A stretch of 64,000 bases of DNA from Bacteroidota bacterium (lineage in GTDB: Bacteria > Bacteroidota > Bacteroidia > Bacteroidales > UBA12481): assembly GCA_034658635.1 (NCBI GenBank), contig JAYEFL010000186.1:330-64329 (forward strand), given 5' to 3'. Position numbers and translations under genes: made by a program. Positions 28,976 to 38,320 of the stretch are shown here, piece by piece (position 1 is the first letter of the stretch; each line of letters opens with the position of its first letter). The notes under the pieces are model-generated. The model searched no databases. It saw only the letters and a program-made list of their open reading frames with translations, and had not been told where the DNA came from.

Positions 28976-29920
28976 TTAAACATCCTCCCTCATGTTCATG
29001 GCTGTAAGCATGTTGCCATAAACTTTATTCAACGCGATCAATTTTTTACCCAGTCTCTCCACTTCTTCGCGATACAATTTTGTGTTCTCAACGGAAGAAG
29101 ACAGATTCTCCATCATGTTATCCAAGCCTGCGTAGACTTCTTTAGATGATTGCAGATGTGCATCAGAACCTTTTAGTTGAAGTTCATAAACGGTATTAAG
29201 AGAAGCCAGATTCTTATTTAAAGATTCCAGTTGAGAAGAATAGCTGCTGCTTCCTTCGCTCAATTTAGTATAATCGTTATTTATAGCCTTCACAAGTTTT
29301 GTATAGCTGTCTGCAAGCTGATCGGATGATTGATTAACTGTTTCAACCAATCTGGCACCAGTTTGAGCTACCAAATTTGCTGTTTTAGAATATGATTCAT
29401 TCAGGCCCTGAGCAGTATTGTTAAGGACTTCAGTTGATTTCGCATATGACTCAGAGAATGATTCCAGTTGCTCAGAAGCTGATTTCACATTTCCTACATA
29501 TTTCTCAGTAACAATGTGAGCATTGGTCAGATCGCTCATTTTACCAGTTGTATCAGACAGGTTTTTCATTCCATCACCCAGTTTGCTTAGCATCTCTGGT
29601 GTGATATCAGCTTTGGCAAATAGCTCATCCATTTGTTGAACTGTTGACCCTGTGTGAAGTTTCTTGCCTGCTTTTAGCTTAGGATCTGTTAATCCAGGAT
29701 AGATCTTATCCCATTCCCAATCTTCAGGGAGAGGCTCAAAGGCAGAAAAGAAGAAAATCAGTGCTTCTGTTCCCAGTCCGGCTATTAAAAAATAGCTGGC
29801 ATAGGAATAATGCTCCAACTTCATGAGGGCTCCAATCATAACCACACTAGCTCCCCAGCCATACATTCTTGACATGAAGATTTTCCATCCTCTTTTCCGA
29901 ACAAAACTAAATATTGCCAT
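28976..29920 (-). CDS. gldL: Gliding motility / T9SS protein GldL (PorL)
   Basis: Two N-terminal TM helices carrying the conserved Glu (GALMKLEHYSY...GLGTEALIFFFSAFEP), followed by a long coiled C-terminal region of PorL-like length. Confidence 0.9.
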   Translation of the reverse strand: MAIFSFVRKRGWKIFMSRMYGWGASVVMIGALMKLEHYSYASYFLIAGLGTEALIFFFSAFEPLPEDWEWDKIYPGLTDPKLKAGKKLHTGSTVQQMDELFAKADITPEMLSKLGDGMKNLSDTTGKMSDLTNAHIVTEKYVGNVKSASEQLESFSESYAKSTEVLNNTAQGLNESYSKTANLVAQTGARLVETVNQSSDQLADSYTKLVKAINNDYTKLSEGSSSYSSQLESLNKNLASLNTVYELQLKGSDAHLQSSKEVYAGLDNMMENLSSSVENTKLYREEVERLGKKLIALNKVYGNMLTAMNMREDV

Positions 29921-29950
29921 TTTTTATTTGAGATTTTCGAATTTCAATTT

Positions 29951-31291
29951 CTATTGGTCTATTCCCATAGTAGATCTTACCAGGCGGAATCCAATGAAGG
30001 ATTTTGCTGAATCCTGATATTCATAAGTACGTGTGCCTGACTGAAGGAAATAGGATATATCTTTCCAGCTACCTCCTCTGATCACCTTTCTTTTCATAAC
30101 AGAAGGTGCATCTGGCATAGCATTATACTCATAGTTAGGGTTCATGTCGTGAGTGAAGCTGTAAGCAGACTCATCGTAGGCTGAGTTTGTCCATTCTGCT
30201 ACGTTCCCTGCCATGTCGTATATTCCAAAGTCGTTAGGCTCGAATGATCCGACTGGAGAAGGTTTAATAAAACCATCATCGACATAATTTCCTCTTCTGG
30301 GTTTAAAATTGGCCAGAAAGCAACCTTTGCTGTCGGTTGTATATGGTCCGCCCCAGGGGTACATGGTCAGATTTCGTCCACCACGAGCTGCGTATTCCCA
30401 TTCGTATTCAGTAGGCAGGCGATAATTCTGCACGAATGCTCCACCGCCTTCACGTGTCAGGTGATTATTATGATATTGTGTTCTCCAGATGGCAAAAGCT
30501 TTTGCTTGTTCCCAGGTGATACCCACAACCGGATAATCGTCAAATCCAGGATGCCAGAAATACATTTTGGCCACGGGATCATTATAGCTGTATGTAAAAT
30601 CTGAAATCCAGACCAGAGTATCAGGATAAATATTCAATCGATAGGTTTTAACGAATTTTGAACGGTCAGATATTAATACAGAATCTGAGTAAAACACTTC
30701 AGATTTATCAGAATTCATGATTTCACGCTGGGGGTTTTTTCTTTCAGCCGCCGCGGCTTTATAGTCGATATCCTGATATTCATAATTAATTTTCCGTGTA
30801 TCCAGTTCCTTGCGGCGGAAAAACCTCTCATTTTCAGGGATATAGAATTGCTCAAGTACTTCAGCAACTTCTTCTTGGCGGGGATTGATTCTGGCAGACC
30901 AGTTCAGGAAGGGTGGATCAATAGGGTTTCCATACTCATCCTCCTCGATAAGGAATTCATCGGCATCAAATTCCTCGCCAAGTTTTTCACGAACCATGGA
31001 GTCAATTACCCAATTAACGAATTGGCGATATTCATTGTTTGTAATTTCAGTTTCATCCATCCAGAATGCATCAACTGAAATAGTTTTTGACTGTGAATTC
31101 ATTGAGAAAGTGATGTCTTCATCCTGTGCTCCAACCACGAAGGAACCCATAGGGATTTTCACCATGCCATAAGGGTCAGGTTCGAACCATTTTTCTCTTT
31201 GTTGTACGCCAATCAATTCGCCGTTGCCTGTGCTGGAGCATCCAGACAGAACAAGTACAGCAACTAAACCGATAAGAATTAACTTCTTCAT
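29951..31291 (-). CDS. gldK: Gliding motility / T9SS lipoprotein GldK (PorK), FGE-sulfatase (SUMF1) fold
   Basis: Lipobox (LVLSGCSS), GELIGV after the Cys, and SUMF1-type motifs (RGGSWKD, YIGFRLVR). Confidence 0.9.
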   Translation of the reverse strand: MKKLILIGLVAVLVLSGCSSTGNGELIGVQQREKWFEPDPYGMVKIPMGSFVVGAQDEDITFSMNSQSKTISVDAFWMDETEITNNEYRQFVNWVIDSMVREKLGEEFDADEFLIEEDEYGNPIDPPFLNWSARINPRQEEVAEVLEQFYIPENERFFRRKELDTRKINYEYQDIDYKAAAAERKNPQREIMNSDKSEVFYSDSVLISDRSKFVKTYRLNIYPDTLVWISDFTYSYNDPVAKMYFWHPGFDDYPVVGITWEQAKAFAIWRTQYHNNHLTREGGGAFVQNYRLPTEYEWEYAARGGRNLTMYPWGGPYTTDSKGCFLANFKPRRGNYVDDGFIKPSPVGSFEPNDFGIYDMAGNVAEWTNSAYDESAYSFTHDMNPNYEYNAMPDAPSVMKRKVIRGGSWKDISYFLQSGTRTYEYQDSAKSFIGFRLVRSTMGIDQ

Positions 31292-31298
31292 AATATCA

Positions 31299-32264
31299 TT
31301 ATAAGAATCTTACACTTCTATATTTTTGTGACGACTTATCGCCGCTAATCTCGAGATTATAATTAATCATAAACTCAACTGACCCATTACTATATGCCCC
31401 GATAGCAGATGTGGTGAAATCATATGCTATTGCAGCCCGCATTCCGTTATTCATTTCTATACCAACCATAAACACCACGGCATCTCCGAGCCTATAGGAA
31501 ACGCCACCCCAAAACTTTTTATTGTATATCAGGCTGGCATTAATATCAAGCTGGTATGAAGCTCCATCTGATTTTGCAAAGACAGAGGGCTGTATTTCAA
31601 AGCTTGGATTGGGAAGTTGTATATTATATCCTGCGGTGAGATAGTAATGGCGGGCAATATCTGTTTTGGCACTCATTCCATAGTCAATAGTTGGCTCCAA
31701 TAAGTGAGTAGAGGACAATCCGATATAGAATTCTTCAGTATTGAAAAAGGCCCCAAATCCCGTATCGAATCCCATTCCTGATTCTTCTCCGGCCGGAATT
31801 GCAGGATCCTGAGCGGCATCATGATGGAAATCACTATCAGGAATTTTCCATTCTCCATTGATTCCTTTGCTCAATAATCCGGCACTTAATCCGATTCCCA
31901 GACTCCCGATACCAAGATCCATCCTGTAGGCATAACTCAGGTTTAATCCCATGTTTTCCTCAAATCCCAGTTTATCATCCATAAATGACAGTCCGACCCC
32001 ACTGGCCAAACCAAAGGGTTTAACGGGCATATGAACGCTGAAAAATGTAGTTTTGGGATTACCTTCAAAGCCCATCCATTGCTGGCGATTCAGCATAGCA
32101 ACGCTCATCAATCCCTGGCTTCCGGCGTATCCCGGGTTGACAGCCATATGGTTGTACATATTCATGCTGAATTGTGGATCTTGTTGTGCCTGGATACCCA
32201 AATTCAACAACATACCCACCAAAACCAGTAATAGCCTTAAGTTTTTCAATGTATGCCTCATCAT
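31299..32264 (-). CDS. porP: PorP/SprF-family T9SS outer-membrane protein
   Basis: Signal peptide followed by QQDPQFSMNMYNHMAVNPGYAGS, the PorP/SprF signature start. It is the first gene of the operon. Confidence 0.85.
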   Translation of the reverse strand: MMRHTLKNLRLLLVLVGMLLNLGIQAQQDPQFSMNMYNHMAVNPGYAGSQGLMSVAMLNRQQWMGFEGNPKTTFFSVHMPVKPFGLASGVGLSFMDDKLGFEENMGLNLSYAYRMDLGIGSLGIGLSAGLLSKGINGEWKIPDSDFHHDAAQDPAIPAGEESGMGFDTGFGAFFNTEEFYIGLSSTHLLEPTIDYGMSAKTDIARHYYLTAGYNIQLPNPSFEIQPSVFAKSDGASYQLDINASLIYNKKFWGGVSYRLGDAVVFMVGIEMNNGMRAAIAYDFTTSAIGAYSNGSVEFMINYNLEISGDKSSQKYRSVRFL

Positions 32265-32347
32265 TTCAAGACGGTAAAATAAGCGAAAATATCAATACCG
32301 TACAAGTTAAACTAACGACATGGAACATGCATAAATTATATGAAGGT

Positions 32348-33529
32348 CTAACAAATCCGCTGATAGTTTTTCAACCAGCGGTCAGGAATTTCTCCATTGC
32401 ATGCCATTTGATAGTCATTGTATGTGCAGGCAATGTATAAGGAGCGGGGGTATTTAGCATCAGGGTATGCAACTTCAAGCCACCATCGGTTGGTTTTAGG
32501 GCTTTTATAAAAGTTTATTTCATGCTCAGCCTGAGGTATATTGACAATATATTTATTGTAAGATTTTATCGACGAAAATGGATAATCCAACTTTCTTTGA
32601 TTGACTCCCTGGATAAAATGCCAGATAATTTGTGCGGATAAATTGGCTGTAACAGGGTGAAATTCTTTTTCATCAGGCATATCGAAGAGATTGAAAACGC
32701 TGAGTTTATCGCTCAATCCGGCATAACGGGCCAATTGACAGGCCTCTTCAGCGTATAGTCCGTTAGCAGACTTGAGTCTTGAACCGGGAGCATCGGAATG
32801 CCTAATAGATGCCATAGAGAAGGCCAATACATCAGAATTTCGAAAATGGGGTTCCATTTCGCGGATATCCATTCTTAGTTCTCCCAAACGAACATGACTG
32901 AAATAGAGCTTTTCAAATAATTCCAGTGATTCAGGATCTGAAAAATACGACTGATATGCCAATTGAGTAAAATCAAAAAGCTGACTATCCGGGTTCAACA
33001 ATACTCGGTTCAAATATGTTCCCTGCATGTTATCAGGATCTGAGATCAGGTGGAGATCTGGACTTATCAAACCCAGGTTTAATGGGTGTTCGAGTCGCGA
33101 TAAGCTACTTATAATCAACCCAATGTCTTCTGCATGTCCGCCAAGTATAATCAGAATCTTTTGTTTTTTGCCGAATTCAAAAAGAACATCCTCCCAGCCT
33201 TTTCGGGTATCTGCCTTGCTTTTGCCTTTTCTGAAATTTCCGAGATCTACTATCTGTTTCAAGCCTTCGATTTTTCCTAAAGAAAAAAGATGTTTCCTGA
33301 TCTCATCGGATTTTTTATTGTTGGCTGTTCCGATGATAAATACGGATGCCTGGTCCAGATCTGGTTTGTCTATATCCCGATGAACAGAGATCTGCAGGCC
33401 GATACCGGATTCAATTCCGATTGGGGAAATGGCCGGATGCATTATTTCAACAGGCTCGAAATAATGAAAAAGATCATTCAGTGATTCATTAGTCATTGGT
33501 ATTCTGTTTTTCACCAACAAATATATCAA
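32348..33529 (-). CDS. Arginase/formiminoglutamase-fold protein with divergent metal-binding motifs
   Basis: The layout resembles ureohydrolases (IILGGHAED, GLISPDLHL, SMASIRHSDAPG), but the Asp/His ligand positions do not match. The start may be M12 (33496). Confidence 0.45.
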   Translation of the reverse strand: MIYLLVKNRIPMTNESLNDLFHYFEPVEIMHPAISPIGIESGIGLQISVHRDIDKPDLDQASVFIIGTANNKKSDEIRKHLFSLGKIEGLKQIVDLGNFRKGKSKADTRKGWEDVLFEFGKKQKILIILGGHAEDIGLIISSLSRLEHPLNLGLISPDLHLISDPDNMQGTYLNRVLLNPDSQLFDFTQLAYQSYFSDPESLELFEKLYFSHVRLGELRMDIREMEPHFRNSDVLAFSMASIRHSDAPGSRLKSANGLYAEEACQLARYAGLSDKLSVFNLFDMPDEKEFHPVTANLSAQIIWHFIQGVNQRKLDYPFSSIKSYNKYIVNIPQAEHEINFYKSPKTNRWWLEVAYPDAKYPRSLYIACTYNDYQMACNGEIPDRWLKNYQRIC

Positions 33530-33546
33530 TAAACAGTAGTAACAAT

Positions 33547-35859
33547 CTATTTCTTTTTCTTTCGAGCCTTTTCAATTATCTCCATGCAGTCTTCCTTAGA
33601 CAGCCTTTCGGGATCTGTAGTTTTTGGGATTCTGAAATTCTTTTTATCGTAAGAAATATACGGGCCATAACGTCCTCTTAGTATCCTCAGATCTCCTTCA
33701 CCTTCAAAGGCATTGATGACTTTCTTCTTATCTGCTTCACGTTTCTCCAGAATCAGTTCGATTGCCCGGTCAGCAGTAATTTCCATTGGGTCGTCAATGT
33801 CTTTTTTAAGAGAGAAAAATTTGCTGTCGTGTCTCACATAAGGTCCGAAACGTCCTACCCCTACTGTCATAACCTTATCTTCAAAATCGCCAAGGTTGCG
33901 TGGCAGCTTAAAGAGTTCCAGGGCTTCTTCAAGAGTGATGGTTTCGAGAAAATGATCTTTTCTCAGACGAGCAAAGCGTGGTTTTTTATCTTCACCACCT
34001 TCACCAATCTGGGCCATTGGTCCGTAGCGGCCAATTTTCACATAGATTGGCTCACCTGTTTCAGGATGATCGCCAAGATGTCTTTCACCTGAACTTCTGG
34101 AACCTGTTTTGGTGGTAGTATCAACCTGCTTATGGAAAGGCTTGTAAAAGCTGTCGATCATTTTGTGCCAGACCAGTTCACCATTGGCAATATCATCAAA
34201 TTGACGTTCAACATCTGCTGTGAAGTTGAAATCAATAATATTTGAAAAATGCTCCATAAGGAAATCGTTTACTACCATTCCCATATCTGTTGGGAAAAGC
34301 TTTGACTTTTCGAAGCGTACATTTTCTGAGCGCATGCTGTCTGTGATTTTACCATCACTAAGTTTCAGGCTATTCAATTCACGGGTGAATCCCTCACGAT
34401 CTTCTTTGACTACGTAGTTTCTGGCCTGAATGGTTGAGATGGTAGGAGCAAAGGTTGACGGACGGCCGATGCCCATTTCTTCCAGCTTTTTTACCAGGCT
34501 GGCTTCTGTATACCTCGGAGGGTATTGAGAATATTTTTGCAGGGCTTCAATATCATTACTATTAATTACCTGACCTGCAGAAACCTTAGGTAAAAGCCCA
34601 CTACTATTTCCATTTCCGTTTTTTGCTTCATCCGTTCCTTCTATATATACTCTTAAGAATCCGTCAAAAATAAGGACTTCACCTGTAGCTGTGAATAGTT
34701 CTTCACGATTGGAAACAGATATTTTGATTTGAGTTTTTTCCAACGATGCATCACTCATTTGAGAAGCAATAGTTCGTTTCCAGATCAATTCATATAGTTT
34801 CTTTTCAGTGGCATTTCCAGAAACTTCTTTTTTGTTCAGGAAGGTAGGACGAATAGCCTCGTGAGCTTCCTGAGCGCCTTTTGATTTTGTTTTATATTTT
34901 CTGATATGAGAATATTTCTCACCGTATTCGCTTACAATCTCTGTTTTTGCTGTATTAATTGCCAATTGCGACAGGTTAACACTGTCGGTTCTCATATAGG
35001 TGATTTTTCCCGCCTCATACAGATGTTGGGCCAGGGTCATTGTTTGAGCAACTGAGAATCCGAATTTGCGTGATGCTTCTTGCTGTAGGGTAGAAGTTGT
35101 AAATGGAGGAGCTGGTGATTTTTTTGCTGGTTTGGTACTTATGTCAGTCACCTTAAATTCGGCCTGTTGACATTTCACCAGAAAGGCTTCAGCTTCCTCT
35201 TTTTTGTTGAAGCTCTTGTTTAACTGAGCTTTCAATTGGGTTTTCCCTCCATTCTCCCCGGGGATTTCGAAGATAGCTGTTACACGATAGCTGGGAGTAG
35301 GCTGAAAATTAATGATTTCGCGTTCTCGCTCCACCAATAGTCGTACTGCAACAGATTGAACTCTGCCAGCAGAAAGTGAGGGCTTCACTTTTTTCCACAA
35401 AACCGGACTCAGTTCAAATCCAACCAGTCGGTCGAGGATTCTGCGTGCCTGCTGCGCATTTACCACATTACTATCTATTGACCGGGGGCTTTCGATAGCC
35501 TTGCTTATGGCTTCTTTAGTTATCTCATGAAAAACAATACGTCTGGTTTTTTCCAGGGATAATTCCAGAACTTCAGCCAGGTGCCATGCTATAGCTTCTC
35601 CTTCACGGTCCTCGTCAGATGCTAACCAAACAACTTTAGCTTCGTGGGCAAGCTTTTTCAGTTCAGTAACAATCTTCTTTTTATCAGAAGATACAATGTA
35701 GTTAGGAGTGTATTGATTTTCAATATCTATTCCAAATTCTTTTTTGGCAAGATCACGTATGTGTCCGAAACTGGATTTTACGAGAAAGCCTTTCCCTAAG
35801 AACTTTTCTATCGTTTTTGCTTTCGCTGGGGATTCAACAATTACCAGATTATCAATCAT
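33547..35859 (-). CDS. topA: DNA topoisomerase I
   Basis: Toprim N-terminus (LVIVESPAKAKTIEKFLG, SDEDREGE) and the active-site Tyr region (GKITYMRTDS). Confidence 0.95.
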   Translation of the reverse strand: MIDNLVIVESPAKAKTIEKFLGKGFLVKSSFGHIRDLAKKEFGIDIENQYTPNYIVSSDKKKIVTELKKLAHEAKVVWLASDEDREGEAIAWHLAEVLELSLEKTRRIVFHEITKEAISKAIESPRSIDSNVVNAQQARRILDRLVGFELSPVLWKKVKPSLSAGRVQSVAVRLLVEREREIINFQPTPSYRVTAIFEIPGENGGKTQLKAQLNKSFNKKEEAEAFLVKCQQAEFKVTDISTKPAKKSPAPPFTTSTLQQEASRKFGFSVAQTMTLAQHLYEAGKITYMRTDSVNLSQLAINTAKTEIVSEYGEKYSHIRKYKTKSKGAQEAHEAIRPTFLNKKEVSGNATEKKLYELIWKRTIASQMSDASLEKTQIKISVSNREELFTATGEVLIFDGFLRVYIEGTDEAKNGNGNSSGLLPKVSAGQVINSNDIEALQKYSQYPPRYTEASLVKKLEEMGIGRPSTFAPTISTIQARNYVVKEDREGFTRELNSLKLSDGKITDSMRSENVRFEKSKLFPTDMGMVVNDFLMEHFSNIIDFNFTADVERQFDDIANGELVWHKMIDSFYKPFHKQVDTTTKTGSRSSGERHLGDHPETGEPIYVKIGRYGPMAQIGEGGEDKKPRFARLRKDHFLETITLEEALELFKLPRNLGDFEDKVMTVGVGRFGPYVRHDSKFFSLKKDIDDPMEITADRAIELILEKREADKKKVINAFEGEGDLRILRGRYGPYISYDKKNFRIPKTTDPERLSKEDCMEIIEKARKKKK

Positions 35860-35965
35860 GTTCTTGAATAAGATTTTAAAAAGTGGCGCAAGGTAAAAAA
35901 TAATTTTCTATTATATAGATGCGTTTAAATTAGTAAAATGGAAAATGCTGTCCATTTATTTTACT

Positions 35966-35973
35966 TAATTTTG
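35966..35973 (+). promoter_or_regulatory. -7 box candidate for the PBP gene
   Basis: TAATTTTG lies 17 nt upstream of the ATG at 35990. Confidence 0.4.
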
Positions 35974-35989
35974 GCTCAAATTGTTTGTT

Positions 35990-38317
35990 ATGGCAAAAGA
36001 AAAGTCTCATTCCTATCGCAAATTTGTGTGGATTTTATGGGGGGTTTTTATTTTCGGAGTTATTTCACTATTTGTTCTGTTTACGTTGATTTCAAAGGGA
36101 AAGATGGGATTTATGCCCAGTTTTGCAGAGCTTGAAAACCCGAAAATCAACCTGGCTACACAGGTTATTTCAGAAGATGGAGTTGTGTTTGGAAAATACT
36201 ATTGGGGGAATGAAAATCGTACCACAGTACATTTTCAGGATATTTCTCCTTATATGATTGATGCACTGGTTGCAATTGAGGATGAGCGTTTTTACAGGCA
36301 TTCCGGAATAGATTTCCGTGGTTTAGTGCGGGTATTTGTAAAAAGCCTGCTTTTAGGGCAAGAGACCGGAGGAGGAAGTACTATTACTCAGCAGTTGGCA
36401 AAAAACCTGTTCCCGCGTGAGACGTATAAAAATCCTGTGCTTTTTGCCATACGTAAGTTCAGGGAATGGGTAATTGCTATTAAGTTGGAGAAATCTTTTA
36501 CCAAGGAGGAAATCATAGCTATGTACCTGAATAAATATGATTTTCTTTATAGTGCTGTGGGGATTGAATCAGCAGCCAGGGTATATTTTAATACAACACC
36601 GCATGCTTTAAAGCCAGAACAGGCGGCCATGCTTGCGGCTATGGCAAAGAATCCAAATCTGTATAATTTCAGGAGGAATCCTGAAATTGCAGAGAACCGG
36701 AGAAATCTTGTTCTTACTATGATGAAGAACCAGGGTTATCTGGATCCGGTTCTGGCCGACTCCCTTGTTCGCATCCCAACACAGCTGGATTATCAGCGTG
36801 TTGACCATAAATTAGGGATGGCTACCTATTTCAGAGAGTGGCTTCGAAATACTATGCAGCGAAATCGTCCTGGAAATGACGAATGGGAGGCTGATCCAAT
36901 TCAGGGATGGTTACGTAAGAATTTTAAACCGGATGGATCAAGGTATGATCTTTACAGGGATGGGCTGAAGATATACACTACGATCAATTCGCGAATGCAG
37001 CAGTATGCAGAGGAAGCTGTTAGAGATCACATCGGATTGGATCTACAACCTTCTTTTGAACATGAATTTAAGAATATGCGCAATGCTCCGTTTGATAATG
37101 AGTTTACCAATGCTCAGGTAGAGGAATCCATGGCTCTAACCAGAAGCTGGAGTGAGCGTACGCGGGTTCATCGTTTGCAGGGACTTAGTAATGATTCAAT
37201 CAGAAAGCTTTTTAATATTCCTGCGGAAATGACAGTTTTTAGCTGGGAAAAACCGGAGGGAATAGATACGATTATGACCCCTAATGACTCAATTATCTAT
37301 TATAAAAAGCTTCTTAGAGCAGGATTTCTCGCTGTTGATCCTCATACCGGATATACAAAAGCATATGTGGGTGGGATAGACTATCGATATTTTCAATACG
37401 ATCAGATAATGCAGGGTCGCAGACAGGTGGGGTCTATTTTTAAGCCTTTTGTTTATACTCTGGCTATGCAGCATGGTTATTCTCCCTGTTATGAAATTGC
37501 AAATGCACCTACGTCTTTTGAGTACACCAGACCGGATGGAGCCCTGGATACCTATACCCCGAAATTCTCTCATGCGGAGGAGTTGGAGGGTCAGATGATT
37601 ACACTGGAGCAGGGACTCTCAAAATCTATGAATCAGGCTTCTGCCTGGGTCATCAAGCAGTTTAATCCTGAGGCTGTTATTGATCTGGTACGGAAGATGG
37701 GGGTGAAATCGCCAATTGACCCGGTTTGGCCAATTTGCGTAGGAGCTGTCGAATTGCCTGTTTACGAGGTGGTTGGGGCGTTTACAACTTTTGCTAATAA
37801 GGGGATATGGATTCAGCCGATTATGGTGACTCGTATTGAGGATAAGAATGGTAATGTGATTACCAGATTCAAGCCGAAGGTTGAAGAGGCCATTTCTGAG
37901 GAGGCAGCTTATAAAATGATAAAAATGTTGGAGGCGGTAACCGTATACCCGGGTACTGGTTCGCGTTTAAGAGCGACGTATCAGTTTGAGAATCCAATAG
38001 CCGGAAAAACAGGGACTACCAATGATAATGCAGACGGATGGTTTGTGGGCATTGTGCCGAACCTGGTTGCCGGGGCCTGGTCTGGTGCGGAAGAGCAAAG
38101 AATACGGATTCAGAATGATTACGTGGGGCAGGGGGCTAATATGGCACTTCCTATATGGGCTATGTTTATGCAAAAAGTTTATGCTGACAGCACTTTGCAT
38201 ATTTCACAAGATGACTTTGATGTGCCGTTAAATTTTAATTTGAATCTGGATTGCAATGCAGTCAGGAAGCAAAAGGATGTAAAAAAGGCCAGAGATGATT
38301 TTGATGATGATTTTTAG
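35990..38317 (+). CDS. Class A penicillin-binding protein (transglycosylase + transpeptidase), PBP1A-like
   Basis: GT51 motifs (EDERFYRHSGID, GGSTITQQLAKN) and transpeptidase motifs SIFKPF (SxxK), SKSMN (SxN) and KTGTT. The track start at 35981 is TTG, so I used the ATG at 35990. Confidence 0.9.
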   Translation: MAKEKSHSYRKFVWILWGVFIFGVISLFVLFTLISKGKMGFMPSFAELENPKINLATQVISEDGVVFGKYYWGNENRTTVHFQDISPYMIDALVAIEDERFYRHSGIDFRGLVRVFVKSLLLGQETGGGSTITQQLAKNLFPRETYKNPVLFAIRKFREWVIAIKLEKSFTKEEIIAMYLNKYDFLYSAVGIESAARVYFNTTPHALKPEQAAMLAAMAKNPNLYNFRRNPEIAENRRNLVLTMMKNQGYLDPVLADSLVRIPTQLDYQRVDHKLGMATYFREWLRNTMQRNRPGNDEWEADPIQGWLRKNFKPDGSRYDLYRDGLKIYTTINSRMQQYAEEAVRDHIGLDLQPSFEHEFKNMRNAPFDNEFTNAQVEESMALTRSWSERTRVHRLQGLSNDSIRKLFNIPAEMTVFSWEKPEGIDTIMTPNDSIIYYKKLLRAGFLAVDPHTGYTKAYVGGIDYRYFQYDQIMQGRRQVGSIFKPFVYTLAMQHGYSPCYEIANAPTSFEYTRPDGALDTYTPKFSHAEELEGQMITLEQGLSKSMNQASAWVIKQFNPEAVIDLVRKMGVKSPIDPVWPICVGAVELPVYEVVGAFTTFANKGIWIQPIMVTRIEDKNGNVITRFKPKVEEAISEEAAYKMIKMLEAVTVYPGTGSRLRATYQFENPIAGKTGTTNDNADGWFVGIVPNLVAGAWSGAEEQRIRIQNDYVGQGANMALPIWAMFMQKVYADSTLHISQDDFDVPLNFNLNLDCNAVRKQKDVKKARDDFDDDF

Positions 38318-38320
38318 ACA

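Noticed and set aside
31179-31188. GGTTCGAACC, a T-arm-like tRNA motif.
   Set aside because: It lies in frame within gldK, with no flanking acceptor or anticodon stems. No tRNA-like cloverleaf was found anywhere in the window.
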